Under the pieces are notes generated by a model. The model made no database searches and was not told the origin of the DNA. It saw nothing but the letters and a program-made list of their open reading frames with translations. DNA of 64,000 nucleotides from Camelus dromedarius (lineage: Eukaryota), in contig NC_087437.1 of the NCBI RefSeq assembly GCF_036321535.1, positions 101,062,001-101,126,000 on the forward strand. The letters are read 5' to 3'. Below, one piece after another: positions 51,125-64,000 of the stretch. How positions within the stretch are numbered: position 1 is the first letter of the stretch; each line of letters begins with the position of its first letter. The translations under genes and the position numbers were made by a program.

Positions 51125-51600
51125 ACATGTATAAGATACTTACAAACTAATTAGTTAGCCTGCCATGATTTCATGGGTGGCTCTTGGTAGAAGACATGAA
51201 ACTTCTGCATCAGAGACAAAATTATAAAATGAGTAGTAGCCAGAGTGTCAACATTTTTATGCCAATTTCTTGAGTGTTGAATCTCACAGGGTGCTGGGAA
51301 GAGGTCCAGATGGCCCCAGCACATGTAACTGGTTACATTACAGAAGAGGAACCCTGAGCTTAGGAAGCACAAATATTTTATGATAGTAAATATACCAGGC
51401 CTTTTCTTTAAAAGAGACTTCATCTTCATTTTCCCAGACAATAAGTTTGTCTACGCTTTGTTCTGGAGGGAGGGCACTGCATCTTCGAAGGCTATTAGCT
51501 ATTTAAACATCCTTGACAAAACAAGGAGAAATAAAGCACAATGCTTCTCACTCAAGAGATGGGTAAAAAGGGATCAACCCTTGGAAAATTGTCTTCCAAT
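51125..51600 (-). mobile_element. MER76-like ERVL LTR
   Basis: Ends ggaaaattgtcttccaata (~gagaattgtctcccaaca). Internal ctttgttctggagggag..aaggctatt..aaacatccttg. Confidence 0.65.
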
Positions 51601-51729
51601 AAAAGTAGATACAGAAATTCAGAAACTTCAGGGCATTAACTATGAACTATCAACTGTAAGCTATTACTATCAATTATCAACTGTGAACTATTACTATCAA
51701 CTGTAAACATTAAAATATGAAATTGAGAA

Positions 51730-52555
51730 AATATTTGAGTGACAAGGCCAAATATAACTCAGCCTTGTGTCAAAGACCAAGTGGATAGTCTGGTTGGTAG
51801 GCCCTTTATGTGGTGACCAATAAAGTCTTTCAGTTGAATGAATAACTCAGTGAAAAGAAATTAAACACATGCCTCTTGGATAGCAGATGAACAGCCTCAA
51901 AATGACCTCAAAAATGTGTAAATTGTGGATGTGTTTCCTGGCACATGGGACTGATCAGAATTGAATGAACAAGAAGCTAAGTTTTCAGGGTTGTAGCTGC
52001 AGGAACCCACCAGCCTGGACTAGAGGACTGACTTTTCTACCCCTGGAATGATACCTGGATTGCCGACCTTCTACAGGCCAGAGAAATGCTCTGAAAGTTT
52101 CTCAGCCGTCAAGGAGGACATATCTTCCAAAGTCCTTTTCAAATGCAGCCAAGTGAAGTCATGGACAGGGAATGTTCTCCCTCAGGGGAAAGCTATGCCC
52201 ACCAGAATACTATAAATTAGGGAACTTCTCCCAACAAGAAGGACTAGAGTCTCTCAATGGAAATTACCGTCCTTCTCTTTGTGGTTTCAGGACTGCCAAG
52301 GTGTAGTGAATGTGCTGTTCTTCCTATTCTTACTTGTGTTTATCTTTATCATTCTCACCACGTTTATTCTCCCGTCTTCTACCATATATATGTGGTATAA
52401 GGGGAGCAAATAATTTATGGGGCTTTTATGTTGATTTTTCTTTGCAAGGTCTCTGGAGCAAGAGCAACCACAAAGACCTGGATTTGAGTCTGACGCCATT
52501 ACTAAGTTACACTTTGTGTGAATTTCCCTGGAGAGGCCGTGGGTGTACTTGTACA
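51730..52555 (+). mobile_element. Ancient LTR-like element (family not determined)
   Basis: Non-coding block with LTR-like motifs and a gatttgagtctgac 3' region. Weak recall only. Confidence 0.35.
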
Positions 52556-52599
52556 CAGAACAAAGAGTGCACTAAATATTCTTCACAAGAACTGTTGAC

Positions 52600-52986
52600 T
52601 GTGGAAGATGCTACTATCACTTGCAAATACCTGCTCCTCCTTCCTGGAGAAGGATTATATGTCTCTAGCCCGACTGACATCGGTCTTGGGCTTTGTGACA
52701 TGTTTTGGCCAGTGAATAGTAAGCAGGAATAAAGTACGTCACCTCTGCACAAAAGCTTTATGAGCAAGTGCATTGTTTGACATTATTTCTTTTCTCCTGC
52801 ATTGATCAATGCCAAGTTCTGATCAGAGGCTGCTTTATCAGACTGGGTCTAGGAAGAAGTAGGATGTGGGACAGAACCACTACGGAGCCATTATTGATGT
52901 GAAACTTTCATAAAAAATAAACCCTTGTTGAATTAAGCCTCTGAGCTGTGGGAGAGACTACAATAAAATAGGCTAGCCTAGCCTTC
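52600..52986 (+). mobile_element. MaLR LTR (MLT1I/J-like)
   Basis: tgtgacatgttttggccagtgaa..gtcacctctg..aaataaacccttgttgaattaagcctctgag. Confidence 0.75.
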
Positions 52987-53586
52987 TGTAGTATCTTTGT
53001 ACTATGCCAACTTAACCATGTACTATGCCAACTTAACCATGCTTAGAACTGTATTTACGGGTATGATTCAGGGTTAGAACAGGACACCAGAGAGAGACAC
53101 ATGAGATTCAGAAGACAGAAGCCAGGCAGCACCAGCGGGCACTGATGGTCAGAGTAGGGCAACGTGCACACGTTCTTGTTGATGCGCTGGTTTACCACGT
53201 TGGAGGCTGGTGGCAGCTGAGCCAGGAACTCCTCCAGCTCCCACCAGATCTTCTGTCTTCTCAAAGTCCTAGGCCACATGTGTGCAGCTTCATGGCAAAG
53301 GGTACCATCATTTCCTGCAGGTTACCTGCATCAAGAGCTTTCAGGTGGTGACAGATGAGTTAGACGTCCAGTTTGTCCTTGTGAATTCCAATTTGGGTTC
53401 CTGGCAACCAGTTTTTCCTCTCTGTCACATAATACTTCTCGTGTTCTCAACCTTAGGGTCATGACTGGAATTTCACAGACTTTTTTCTGTATCAATTCTC
53501 ACAACTGTTAAGGTCTAATCCCTGTAGTGAGTCTGTTGTTCTAGACCACTCAGATTGCTTCTGTCTCTCTGAACCCTAACTGAGAA
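52987..53586 (+). mobile_element. ERVL-class solo LTR (LTR52/LTR33-like) with a 21-bp tandem duplication near its start
   Basis: Starts tgtagt and ends ctctctgaaccctaactgaga. tgtactatgccaacttaacca occurs twice (52998-53039). Confidence 0.6.
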
Positions 53587-53619
53587 ATCTGTTAGACTCT
53601 CTCTAGTTATACCTATCAT

Positions 53620-53800
53620 GTGATACTGTAAGACTTTAACATTCGTTATTTCTAATCCTTACAATAATTCTTCAGGAGAGGTGTTAACTATTGTAATTTA
53701 GAGGTGATAAACTCTGGGCAAGAAACGTTTTCCAATGGTACAATAACTAGTGAGCCACAGGGTTTGCACCTGGACCTGTGTTTTGACCATGTTCTTTATT
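53620..53800 (-). mobile_element. MIR
   Basis: tctaatccttacaataa..tagaggtgataaactctgg..ccaatggtacaataactagtgagcc. Confidence 0.6.
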
Positions 53801-56800
53801 CTCTACTATATTTCTCATCACAAAAACTTTATTAATTAATATTGGCAAGACTTGGCTGATCTCCAGCATTTGAATCTAGAAGTCATTTTGCACATTTTTA
53901 CTGCCAATTTACAACCATTTTTTTTCAAAGTACGGAATATAGAAGTGAATTGTGTAGCAAAACCATGCACCCATTTTAGAGGCTAGATAATGAGAGAGGA
54001 AAACATGACCACAAGAGTATTATTTTGCGTGCTGCAGCGCATTTACACCAGGAAGGAAGGCTCTAATATCAGGAGGAGAGAGGAAAGTGACAGTGAACAT
54101 TAATGTTGAACTCCTGCATTCTCTCTCAATGGAGCATGAAATAAGGCATGTCATCATGTCAGCATACGCCGGGGAGGATCTGCTTAGACCCTCATCCTTT
54201 CAGCACAGGGAATCTGCTTCATGGTGAGCCAGATTCTCCTGCATTGTGACTCGCCCACCTCCTCATTTCTTTCCCTATTCAATCCTCTGCCTTTACAGAT
54301 CCGCTGCGATACTAAATTGCTACCTTGTCAGGAATATGCCCAAGTCTTTTAAGTTTCTCATATGGCTGAGAAAAGTTTTGTGAAAGGCAGATTATTACTG
54401 TGCCATGAAAATATCATTTCATAAGAGGGAAAAAGACATTAAGTAAAAATGTATCTTCATCGACATTATACTTACCTACCAATGCCACAGAAATAATCGT
54501 GTTATTATGTTCATATTAATCCTAAATTCAAATTCAGTTTATTGTTACACCAGTTACTAAATCCCCTAATGATCATTTTAAAAAAAACCTGACACATCTT
54601 TTATCTAGAGTAAAATAAGTATGTTACCATGTAAGGTTAAGATACTTAAAGCTTCTAGCTAAACTTTCTCACTTACACAACTTATTTGTAAAATAAGGGC
54701 ATGAATTTAGATAATCTTGAAGCTATATTTCAGCACCTACACTGTATGACTATTTTTCTAGGTTTTGTCTCACTTCTTACATGATTATTTAGTTCCTACA
54801 ACATCTAGTTCTATGTTTAATTACAAAGTACCATCATTTTATTTTTTTTACCCCTTTTTAAGATTTCACAAATATTATATTGAACAAGTTAGTATAAAGT
54901 CTAAAAAAACTCACTGTAACAAAAAAGTTCTATTAAAAAAACAGTATCAGAACAATATCAGAACATTGTATGAAGTTAAAAAAAATAAAGGATCTCATCT
55001 TATTCTTTATGCATTAAGCTAAATTGTTATTTCTATTCTATAAGCTTTTAAAGAACATTTTTAATCCATAGATTAAAATTAAGGCTATCTGCAAGTTACA
55101 GTCATGTTGGAAGTAGTTCAAATATAGATAGATCGAGGAAAGAGGGGAGAAGCGTCTAAACAGGGTCTCAGAGTCTGGAAAGTATGCAGTATGATCAGGA
55201 GACAAAGAAGAGATATTTTCTCACATACAGTAAATTTCAGTAACTTAAATTGTGCTTCGTTAAATATTGAAACCACATGATGTAATTAGGTGTCCTGATG
55301 GGGAGGAAAGTGTTCTGTGCTCATGTAAACTTAGAAAACTTCTCATTGCATGCTTATCTCCTAGGTTTACAGTGCACTTAATAAGAGTTCTAAGAGGTTC
55401 TGCTCTAAAGAAATTTCCATGATTTCCTTAACTAGTATGATTTGCATTTGGCACCAGATTATATTGTTGACTCAGTGAAATTTCATTTCTTAATTAAAAG
55501 TGCTTGCTGTCAAGAGATTCATCTCTAGGTGAAAATCTTACCCATATAAGAAGACAAATATGTAAAAATAATGAATTAGTTGAATTGTATTTTTGTAACA
55601 TTCTATGTTAAGAAATGTATTTTGATTTCTTTGAAAGTTTAATTTTTTGAACTGCACTTTGTTTTCTTATCTCATATCGTAAATAATTAAGTCAAATGCC
55701 CTGATCGGTTCTCCTGTTTAAGCAAAGCTATTTGGCAGATTTTTCTCAAAAAATATAAAATTACATTTAAGGCATATAATTTCATAAGTGGTGGAAATAC
55801 AAAGCCTTCACTACAATTGAGAACCAATGACATTTAAAATTTTTTTTCTCTAAGCTTTAAAAAAAATCTGCAAATATTTAATTTTAGGCCTGATTGCCAA
55901 ATATAAGAAGGCAACAAATGAGACAGATATTGATTTAGGGTATATTTTAGAGATAGTATTTAGTATTTTAATGGATTAACCAAGTATGTAAATTAATTCT
56001 TTTCTTCTCGATTTCTGAAAAGTACATTGCTAGATATTGATTACTCATATTCATGCCTTTCAATCACATCACAAAATGAAGTATACAAGTACCAGAAAAG
56101 CTTGTTTTCCTTGATTCTGCTTTTTAAATTTTATTTTATTGAGAATTCAGTGAGTACTCCTAAATAGATATAACATGAAAGCTTAATAAACCTTTCTTTG
56201 TTGAGATTATATTTAAATCAGTCTCAAGCATCCTGAAATAGAATTATTTAAGCAAATATAAACCCATGATTACTTAGAACAAAGATTATTAAAACATGAT
56301 ATGACTTTCCTAAAGGAAATAGAATGTTTTATCATAACTTTTTCTGCATTTGGCTACCTAATGCTTAAGAAATATCGATTTCTAGGAAATTATCTGAATA
56401 TTTGTGTATATTCTTGATCATTTCCTGAGTTGGGGTTCAAATGCACTATTCTAGATTTGCTTTAAGTGATCTTTATTTTTATATAAAATAATTCTCATTC
56501 GCATTATTTTTGGTATTCAGAATTAACTGAAATCTTTGGCATTTTTAAAGAAGTTTGACAGTTTTAATAAAAGAGAGACACAAAATGTGCATCTCAAAGT
56601 AGCCAAATCTCAGATAGCATCTTACTAAATTTTGCTTCATCACAGAATTATAATTCAATAGCTACTGTGCATTTTCTAACTAAATTGTGATTATACAGTG
56701 TTGAATTGTAAGGGCCGATGCTGCTTTACCAGCAGGTCTTGAATGAGAAAAATTAGCTCAGCTTCTGCAGTCTTTGTTTTCCAATCAGCGCATGTCCACA

Positions 56801-57344
56801 TCACAGCTGGGAATCAAAGGGGGCTTCTCATTTCAGGTAGCCCTTTGCCCTTTATACTTTCTGGAGAAAAACATATTGACCAGAAACCAAGGTGCTCACA
56901 GGTATTTGACCTTTAAAAGAGAATGAATCCTTTTAAGAACCAAATAAAAAAGTCATGGGATCTGTTTTCTTTCTTTCAAGTAAGCAGCAGAGGGTTCAGA
57001 GAAATGTGTGTCTATGTGTCAAGCAGCATTTGGGACCCATTCTGGACTTCAGAAGTAAGTCTCAAAATTTTGATATGCTGAAGGATTTTGGACAATTAGT
57101 TCCTTTTGTTTTCAAGATAAAAACCTATGGGAGTTGGGTTAGTTGCACATTTGTAATATGATCTTTTCCCTCTATCCATTTAAGAATAGGAAGACGTGTG
57201 ATTTTTAACTGCAAAGTTAGGAAAATGAGATTACACATTATACCCCCAAATACATAAAAATTCAGTGAATGAAAGTACTTTGGTCCATGCCTCTATTTAT
57301 TTTCTAATTTTTAGCACATGATGACCCATTAACAAAAGAGGGAC

Positions 57345-57512
57345 AAATTGTTATGTATAAAATAAGCTACAAGGACATATTGTACAACACAGGGAACACA
57401 GTCAATATTTCATAGTAACTATAAGTGGAGTATATCCTTCACAAATTATGGGTCACTATATGGTACACCTGTAACATATAATATTGTACATGACTATACT
57501 TCAATAAGAAAG
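57345..57512 (+). mobile_element. Short L1 3' end
   Basis: tataaaataagctacaaggacatattgtacaacacagggaa...tgactatacttcaataa. Confidence 0.85.
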
Positions 57513-59019
57513 GAAAACAACTAAACTGATGAGTCTTTTCAAATTAAAAAAATGACTTAAATATACTTATTTTTGGGATTCCAAGTAGTATTCATGATAT
57601 CTACTTATTCACTGAACTGAAATGGAAAGTTACCTATCATTGAATATGGCACATAGAAATATCCTTAACTGATTATCAATGTCTATCATTCCAGTGCAGT
57701 TTGGAGAATATATAACCAGGGCAGTCTCCTGTTTAGCGTACAGGAACATTAAGGGATATCCATTAATGAGTGGCTGAATAAATCACAGTAATGTAAGTCA
57801 AAACTACATAGTACTTCTCCATGCATCTATGTCTGTATACACAGGAAAAAATTGCAGGAAAAAAGTGCAGGAAAAAATTGTAATAAAATAAAGTATCAAA
57901 TTTAATTACAAAAATTTAAATAGTCATAGCCATTAAATTTGTCAGAACTTTATAAGGTTTTACTTTCATTTTTTATTACAGAATTGAGTTCAGTGACAGT
58001 GCTCAATGTTGTAACTTAATGAAGAAATGCATTTTATGAATTTTGAAGATGCATAATATCAAAATAGAAATTCTTAAAAAAAAGTGAAAATTACTAATCT
58101 ACTCAGTGGGGCTGCTCCATATGATGATTAAGTATATTTGTTTTATAGACTTAAATTTATTCTGAAATATTTAAATGTATTCAGTATCAGCACATAAAGC
58201 TGTTTTATTCTTTCTAATAGCTACATATTATCATGTAAAGAGACTATTGTAAATCTTCCACTTACTTATAATAAAAGCATAGACATTTCTGTCCCCCTTT
58301 TCTGTTGTAGTGCTTATTATTATCTCCAAATACCAGTAAATTTCAAGGCACTAACAGTTTTCCCTTAATCATTTTTGGCTAATTCTGAGAATTTATTCTT
58401 GGCAGTTCCCTTATAATAGAAAGAACAGTATCAATAAAATTGGACACTGTTCCACCCCTACCATCAGCCCTCAAATTCCTTGCACAAAGTTGACTACCAA
58501 AGATATGGGATTAAGAAAAATATGAATATCTCATGGCACGCTTTACCACAAATTTTTCTTAAGTTTTTCCAAAATAAACTCATGATGCTATTCCCTCGAG
58601 GAATTCGTGACTTTCAGCAACCCAGGCCCTTTCCTGCAGTGTTTTCCAGCCAAGCATGTTTAAATTATAATAACTCTTCCTCTACGAGGGAACTTGTGTA
58701 GCTTCTGAGACATTTTCCAGGGGACCATGGCTCAGAAATCCTGTGTTCTAGTTACTAAATGTATTCTTATCCAGGAACATCCTGCTAAGGGCTTTGCAGA
58801 GATATTTAAAGTTTCTACTGAAGTGATACTGTGTTCTTATGCTAACAGCAAGTTTTATCTGTACCAGTATTGTGAGAATTACAAGATACGTGGACTAAAT
58901 TTAAATAAAAGGAGAATTACTATGAGATCTCAAAAGAAACATATATTGGCTGATGTTGTAGTCTAAGAAGCAATTTCCATTGTTTTCACTTGTTTTCTGA
59001 CTGAGTCCACATAGTTATT

Positions 59020-59295
59020 AAAAAACTAGTTACTGAGGGCAAAGGGGTGGGAAGGGATAAGTTGGGAGTTTGAGATTTGCAGATACTAACTACTATATAT
59101 AAAATAAACAACAAGTTTATACTGTACAGCACAGAGCACTATATTCAATATCTTGTAGTAACCTATAATGAGAAAGAATATGAAATTGAATATATGTATG
59201 TTGACTAAAACATGTCGTATATCAGAAATTGACGCAACCTTGTTAACTGATGATATGTCAATAAAAAAATAAAGAAAAAAGGAAAAAAAGAAATA
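59020..59295 (+). mobile_element. Young L1 3' end (camelid/cetartiodactyl type) with A-rich tail
   Basis: gggagtttgagatttgcagatactaactactatatataaaataaacaacaag...caataaaaaaataaagaaaaaa. Confidence 0.9.
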
Positions 59296-60399
59296 AATTG
59301 AGTGAACTATTTTGGGTGAAATATGTGGATTTATAAACTGGATAAATAGGTTATTCAAGACTGAAGAAGTCTTCCTTCAGATCACTGAATATATTGTCTT
59401 CTGGAAACTGAGATATTAGGAAGCAGAAGTCCATTGTGAATTTCACTCCTGTCTGATTGACAGGTTTTTTTTTTTTCCACTTTCTGGAAGTAAACAAGAT
59501 TTTTGTTTTTACTCATATTCTGAAATTTCACTGTTATATTCCTTTATCTCTTCTGAAATTTTTATGTATATTTCTTATTATCATTATGAACTATGATGTA
59601 ATATGATTATTTTATATATAATCACTTTGATAAAAAGGAGATTGACCAAAGTAGCAAAGATAATTAAAACTTAGTTGATTTATGAATTCAAAGGAACATA
59701 AAGTTCTTGCAATAACATCAGTAATTATCTTGAAAAATGTGTAGAAAACCATACTTGTTTGTAGACTTTTGGCTAATTTATAGCCAATATATTTCTAATA
59801 TATAGCAAGGCTTTGGAAATAAGTTTTGTAATAGCGTAACTTCTATGACTCATTATTTGAGCAACAGTTTAAGACAAAAACATTTTTATATTTAGAACCA
59901 AATGTTTTAGACTTTTAAATAATACCTTAGCCCTAAACTGCTATGTTATTCATTAATACATAAATCCATAAATATCCATTGAGGGCCTATTGTAGAAGGT
60001 ACTGAATTAAATTGAAGAATCTGTGCAAAGTTTCCTTATAAAGCCTGTGATATGGTGGCCTTTAAACACAAGCTTTCCTCATCTCCTTCTTCAAAATATC
60101 TTAAAAATCATTAATATTCCCATTCCTGTCATTGTCACTCTCTAAAACGAAGACAAATATTGTATCATTTCTCCTCCTTTACAGCCTTAATTGATAAATT
60201 ACATAATTTAAGCGATCTATGTAACACCAGTTTATTAGAAAGACTTCATATCACTGTACACTTAAGCCTGTCCTTCTTCTTCTCAGAAGGATGTAATTTA
60301 TCACTGTCACTGTGGGGTAACTTGAGAGACATTGAAATGTCATCTCGTCTACAAATATCTATTACATCACCCATTTCATTGGGTTATCTGATTTAGCAA

Positions 60400-61660
60400 G
60401 TATTTCGTTCATTCAAGAATGTTTATTAACATTTATTGTGTACTAGGCACTGTGCCAGAAATTTGGGATACAAGTAAAACAAAACAAAACAACCTCTAAT
60501 CTCATTCCTTCAGGGAGCATAGGATTCAAATGAGATGACAGACATTAATCAAACAATGGCCCAAATTTAACAATTGAGCTGAGAGTAAATGATATAAAGA
60601 GGAGGTCATGAGGATGCAAAATACATGGAGGTAACTGTTGGACACACAACCTGGGTACCACAATTTGCAGATGTAACAGAATATATTAGGGGAAACTTGC
60701 AATCAGTGGAGTAGTAGTAATGAGAGTAAGTTGAACTCTTATTCTTCCATAGCCTAGACCAAAATGGATGCTCTGTATGCACCCTGGCTGAGGCTTTTGT
60801 CGAGAGAAACCAGTCTGTGTGCACTCTGAGTCTGAGAACAAACCTCATCCCCAAAACCTGGTGAAATACTGTAGCCTGAGAGGGACTGGGGGCACGAGAC
60901 ACAAGACACAGGTCAAGGAAAGAAATAATATCCCAAGGCCCAAGATACACATCCCAACATCAGATCCTTTGTACCAGGGCACATCCTTGTTGCGAGGTAT
61001 ATTGATGTCAGCTAACACCTTGGTGTCTCCCTGTAAACTGTTAAGGTCAACAGAGTCAGTTCTTGGTGTAGTCCCCCAAAAAGGAGGAGGTAAATGAGTC
61101 TCCAGACCATCCTGGATTGTCTCATCACTGACCTGGACAGGAGTTTCTTCTCTTAAGGATTGAGTTGAATCTGGATAAAAACAATTATATAAGCAATAGG
61201 TTGGAGGTGACCAAATAGGTGTTGGGTGGATGTACATTTAGGCAAAGAGAAATGCATGTACAAAGAGAAGGGCAAAACACAGCAAGACACCTCAAGGATC
61301 TGCATGGAGGCCAGAGGGTTGGACAGCAGAAGCAGCAAGAATAGTGTGGTACACAAAGCTGGAGAGCTGGTCAGCAGGAAACCATGTGGGATTTAGAAAT
61401 TGTACTAAGAATCGATTGTTCATTATGAAAAGTAAGGGATAGAGTATAAGACATGAGTAGTGTGCAGTATAGAAAAAGTACAACGTCATCAGATTTCATT
61501 TTGACATTAGCACTTCGACGGCAGCAGAAAGGACAACCCTAAAGAGACCCACAGTGGATGTCCAGAAACCAGTATCATGTCCTGCAGTCCAGATAAAACA
61601 GTGGCTCAGGCTGAAGTGGTGGTAGTGCATGAGCTTGAGAGATGTTTAGAAGGAACATTT
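60400..61660 (-). mobile_element. L2 3' portion, split by an LTR at 60636-61127
   Basis: ttcattcaagaatgtttatt..tgtgtactaggcactgtgc..cagacattaatcaa. L2-like sequence resumes after 61130 (ttgagttgaatct.., gctggagagctggtcagcagg). Confidence 0.75.
60636..61127 (-). mobile_element. ERVL-class solo LTR (MER54/MER73-like)
   Basis: TG...CA termini; minus strand starts tgatgagacaatccagga; interrupts the L2. TSD degenerate (gtaac/ctgac). Confidence 0.55.
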
Positions 61661-61999
61661 TAAAGTATAAGTTATTTATTACACAAATTTTCATGTTATC
61701 AATAGGCAATAGTTATTTTTGTAAAAATAATCTAAAGAGCTAACATGGCAATGGAACTGGATTGAAATTTTACTTGGATAAAATCCACTTCTCTTTGGTT
61801 TTATTCATGTAACTAGTTTGGAATCCGTGCATGTACTGGTGACTAGAAAGGAATGAGTAGTTTACCATGAACTAATATTCAGGATTCCTGTTGGTAAACA
61901 GAATTCATTATGGATTCCCCTCTCCAGATGCGAAGGGAATATTCTGTGGTATGTAATTAAATCTTCACTTTTGTAGGTAAAGGAAAACCTACATTATCA

Positions 62000-62136
62000 C
62001 TAGATGGACATGTAATTTATTGCCCAAAGGAGGATATTTTTTAGAATGAAAGAGGAAGCAAGATTAAAGCTAACTTAGGAAAATCAGTTATATACCAGTA
62101 CTGACCCAAGCAAATAGGGACATATGGCATGTCTGG
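62000..62136 (+). mobile_element. MER94-like hAT-Blackjack non-autonomous element
   Basis: catgtaatttattgcccaaa..tttagaatgaaag..gggacatatgg resembles the ~135-bp MER94 consensus. Confidence 0.6.
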
Positions 62137-63234
62137 TAGCAAATGTTACAATCACGCCTAAGGCTAAACAATTGTGCAAAACAACTACCAAAACACTATA
62201 CTTGAACATAAAAAGGTCTAGGCCCAGCTAATCAGTGTTCCTCTATCTCAAATACACTAGAAATGTTATTATAATAATTTCCTATTCATTCAGAATGGTA
62301 AGTGAATAGGCTAATTTTCTACTCACATGGGGTCTAGAATTTAAGTGATAATCAGCTCTGTGGAAATAATTAGAGTACTGTAAAATGACTTAATAATAGA
62401 CTTTTCAGATTATTGTATAAATAGCACTTTGAAAACAGAAATTATGTTAAATGATTAAAACTCCTAAAAGATTGTAGTTTTAAAGCTCTGATAATGTGAT
62501 GTATATACATGAGGGAAATGTGGTAAAATAATTAAATTAGATTAAAGTACCATGGAGACTAGGAAAAATATGAGTCAATTTGTTGCCATGCTTCATTAAT
62601 TTGCTGGTGTCCAAAAATCAACTGAAGATTAGCATAAAACAAAGCTACTTTCCTTAGCAATTCTATGGTTACTCTGTTTAAATGAGTATTTAAAAAATGA
62701 TATTATCTGTCCTTATGATTAAGACTTTGAAGGAAATATAGGTTATAAAAGTAAGACATAAGAATCCCCAAAAAAGAACGTGCTTCTTAAACTTGGAACT
62801 TTTCAAAGTAAGTAAGTAAATTGTAAAAAAATTTAAAACATCATTTTTATCTACCTCTGAGTTTTATCATCTTGGTAGATTCTCAGTTTCAAATCTGGAT
62901 TACAAAAGAAAATAGAGTAGCTACTTACCAAAAACCAATATATAGATCATATAACATCACGCCAGATGATTAAAAAAAAAAAAAGTCAGCACTTTCTGAA
63001 TTAATTAACAGACATATTAGATTTTGAATAATTAAAACCTCCTAACAATAAACTATATGATTAGATCCACTGAGTGATTTTAATAAACAAAATATGCAAT
63101 AAGCATTTTCTTAGACTTATAAAATGTCACTTAATAGATTACACAAAGAGACTGTGAAGAATAATGTCATTTCACTAATTTCCTATCTTAAGTGTACAAT
63201 AAACCACATAATATGCACTAATGTACCCTTACAT

Positions 63235-63414
63235 TGCATCCTGGTTTGTCTAGTGTACCCTCAAAACTCATGCTCACCTGGAATTTCAGAAAGTGACCCT
63301 CTTTGGAAATAGGGTATTTGCAGAGGTAATTAATTAGGCTCTGATGAGGTCATATGCTATTGCAGTGGGCCTTGAATCCAATGACCGGTGTCCTTACAAG
63401 AAGGCCATGTGAAG

Positions 63415-63447
<33 letters not shown>

Positions 63448-64000
63448 AAAAGGCCCATGCAAAGATGGAGAAGAAGGTTGGAGTGATGCACGTACAAGTT
63501 AAAGAGTGTTCAGGATTGCCTGCCAGCCACCAAAAGCTAAGAGAGAGGTCTTAAATTAAACAAGAAGACCATTAGGCTGAGCTAGTTCTAAAGCCTTAGT
63601 GGCTGAAATAAGCAAACCAAAACCTAAGCCTATAAATGCCTCAAGGTTAAGAAATCAAAACTTAAAGACAACCAGCCACAAACTGCAACTATGCTTTCCC
63701 AAATAAGGCACCAGTTAAGCTATAGTCGGTCAATTTCCTTGTGTTGCCTTTGTGAATTCCCGATACAAAACTCTTGCCCCTAGCTCCTGTTGGTGGAGGG
63801 CTCCTAATTACTTCCGGTTTGGCACTGTCTGAAATAGACTCTTGCTCAAATAAACTTTTTGAAATTTAATAATCTTCAGTTTATCTTTTAACAGAGGCAT
63901 AGGACAGTTTGTCTCAAGAGACTTGGAAGGAACCAACCCGGCTGATAAGATTTCAGACTTCCAGGCTCCTGAACAGTGAGAGAATAAACTTCAGTTGTTT
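63235..64000 (+). mobile_element. MLT1C-like MaLR LTR containing (CA)n and a nested ERV1 LTR; runs off the window end
   Basis: tttggaaatagggtatttgcagaggtaatt..aatccaatgaccggtgtcctta..; resumes gaggcatagg..gaaggaaccaaccc..atttcagacttcc..gagaataaa. (CA)n at ~63415-63443. Confidence 0.9.
63549..63893 (+). mobile_element. Solo ERV1 LTR (MER34-like) nested in MLT1
   Basis: 4-bp TSD gagg (63545-63548, 63894-63897), AATAAA at ~63849, ends tttatcttttaaca. Confidence 0.85.

Noticed and set aside
52310..52732. 140-aa ORF
   Set aside because: Non-ATG start; spans two LTR remnants and has no domain similarity.
30888..57885. Scattered short tandem duplications (30888-30919, 35740-35772, 36317-36361, 51645-51708, 52998-53039, 57843-57881) as one system
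   Set aside because: Unrelated sequences of 2-3 copies each, consistent with ordinary replication slippage.
60845..61237. 130-aa ORF with a transmembrane-like segment
   Set aside because: It spans an L2/LTR junction and lies wholly in TE sequence, with no splice or homology support.

Overview
Mammalian nuclear DNA, AT-rich and dominated by transposable elements. I found no convincing intact protein-coding gene or spliced exon; the ORF track mostly reflects decayed ERV/L1 pol remnants and chance ORFs. A tRNA-derived SINE at 22442 and the young L1 3' ends point to a camelid (cetartiodactyl) genome, which is an inference. The first 11.6 kb is a nested retroviral pile. A near full-length decayed ERV-L provirus (MLT2-type LTRs, gag-pro-pol-dUTPase, minus strand) carries a solo ERV1 LTR inside pol and an internally deleted ERV1 provirus inside its 5' LTR. 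The rest holds L1, L2, CR1/L3, MIR, MaLR/ERVL/ERV1 solo LTRs, hAT DNA-transposon fragments and long repeat-poor stretches. The most striking signal is a 7-unit, 16-bp tandem array at 20490-20599 in which most units are a perfect NF-E2/NRF2-sMAF (ARE/MARE) plus AP-1 site. Other notable items are an L1 5' snap-back palindrome, a candidate L1 3' transduction, a twin-primed L1, and two orphan coding-like fragments, one weakly resembling filovirus nucleoprotein. Repeat family names come from recalled consensus similarity and need RepeatMasker/Dfam confirmation. Boundaries without a TSD are approximate.
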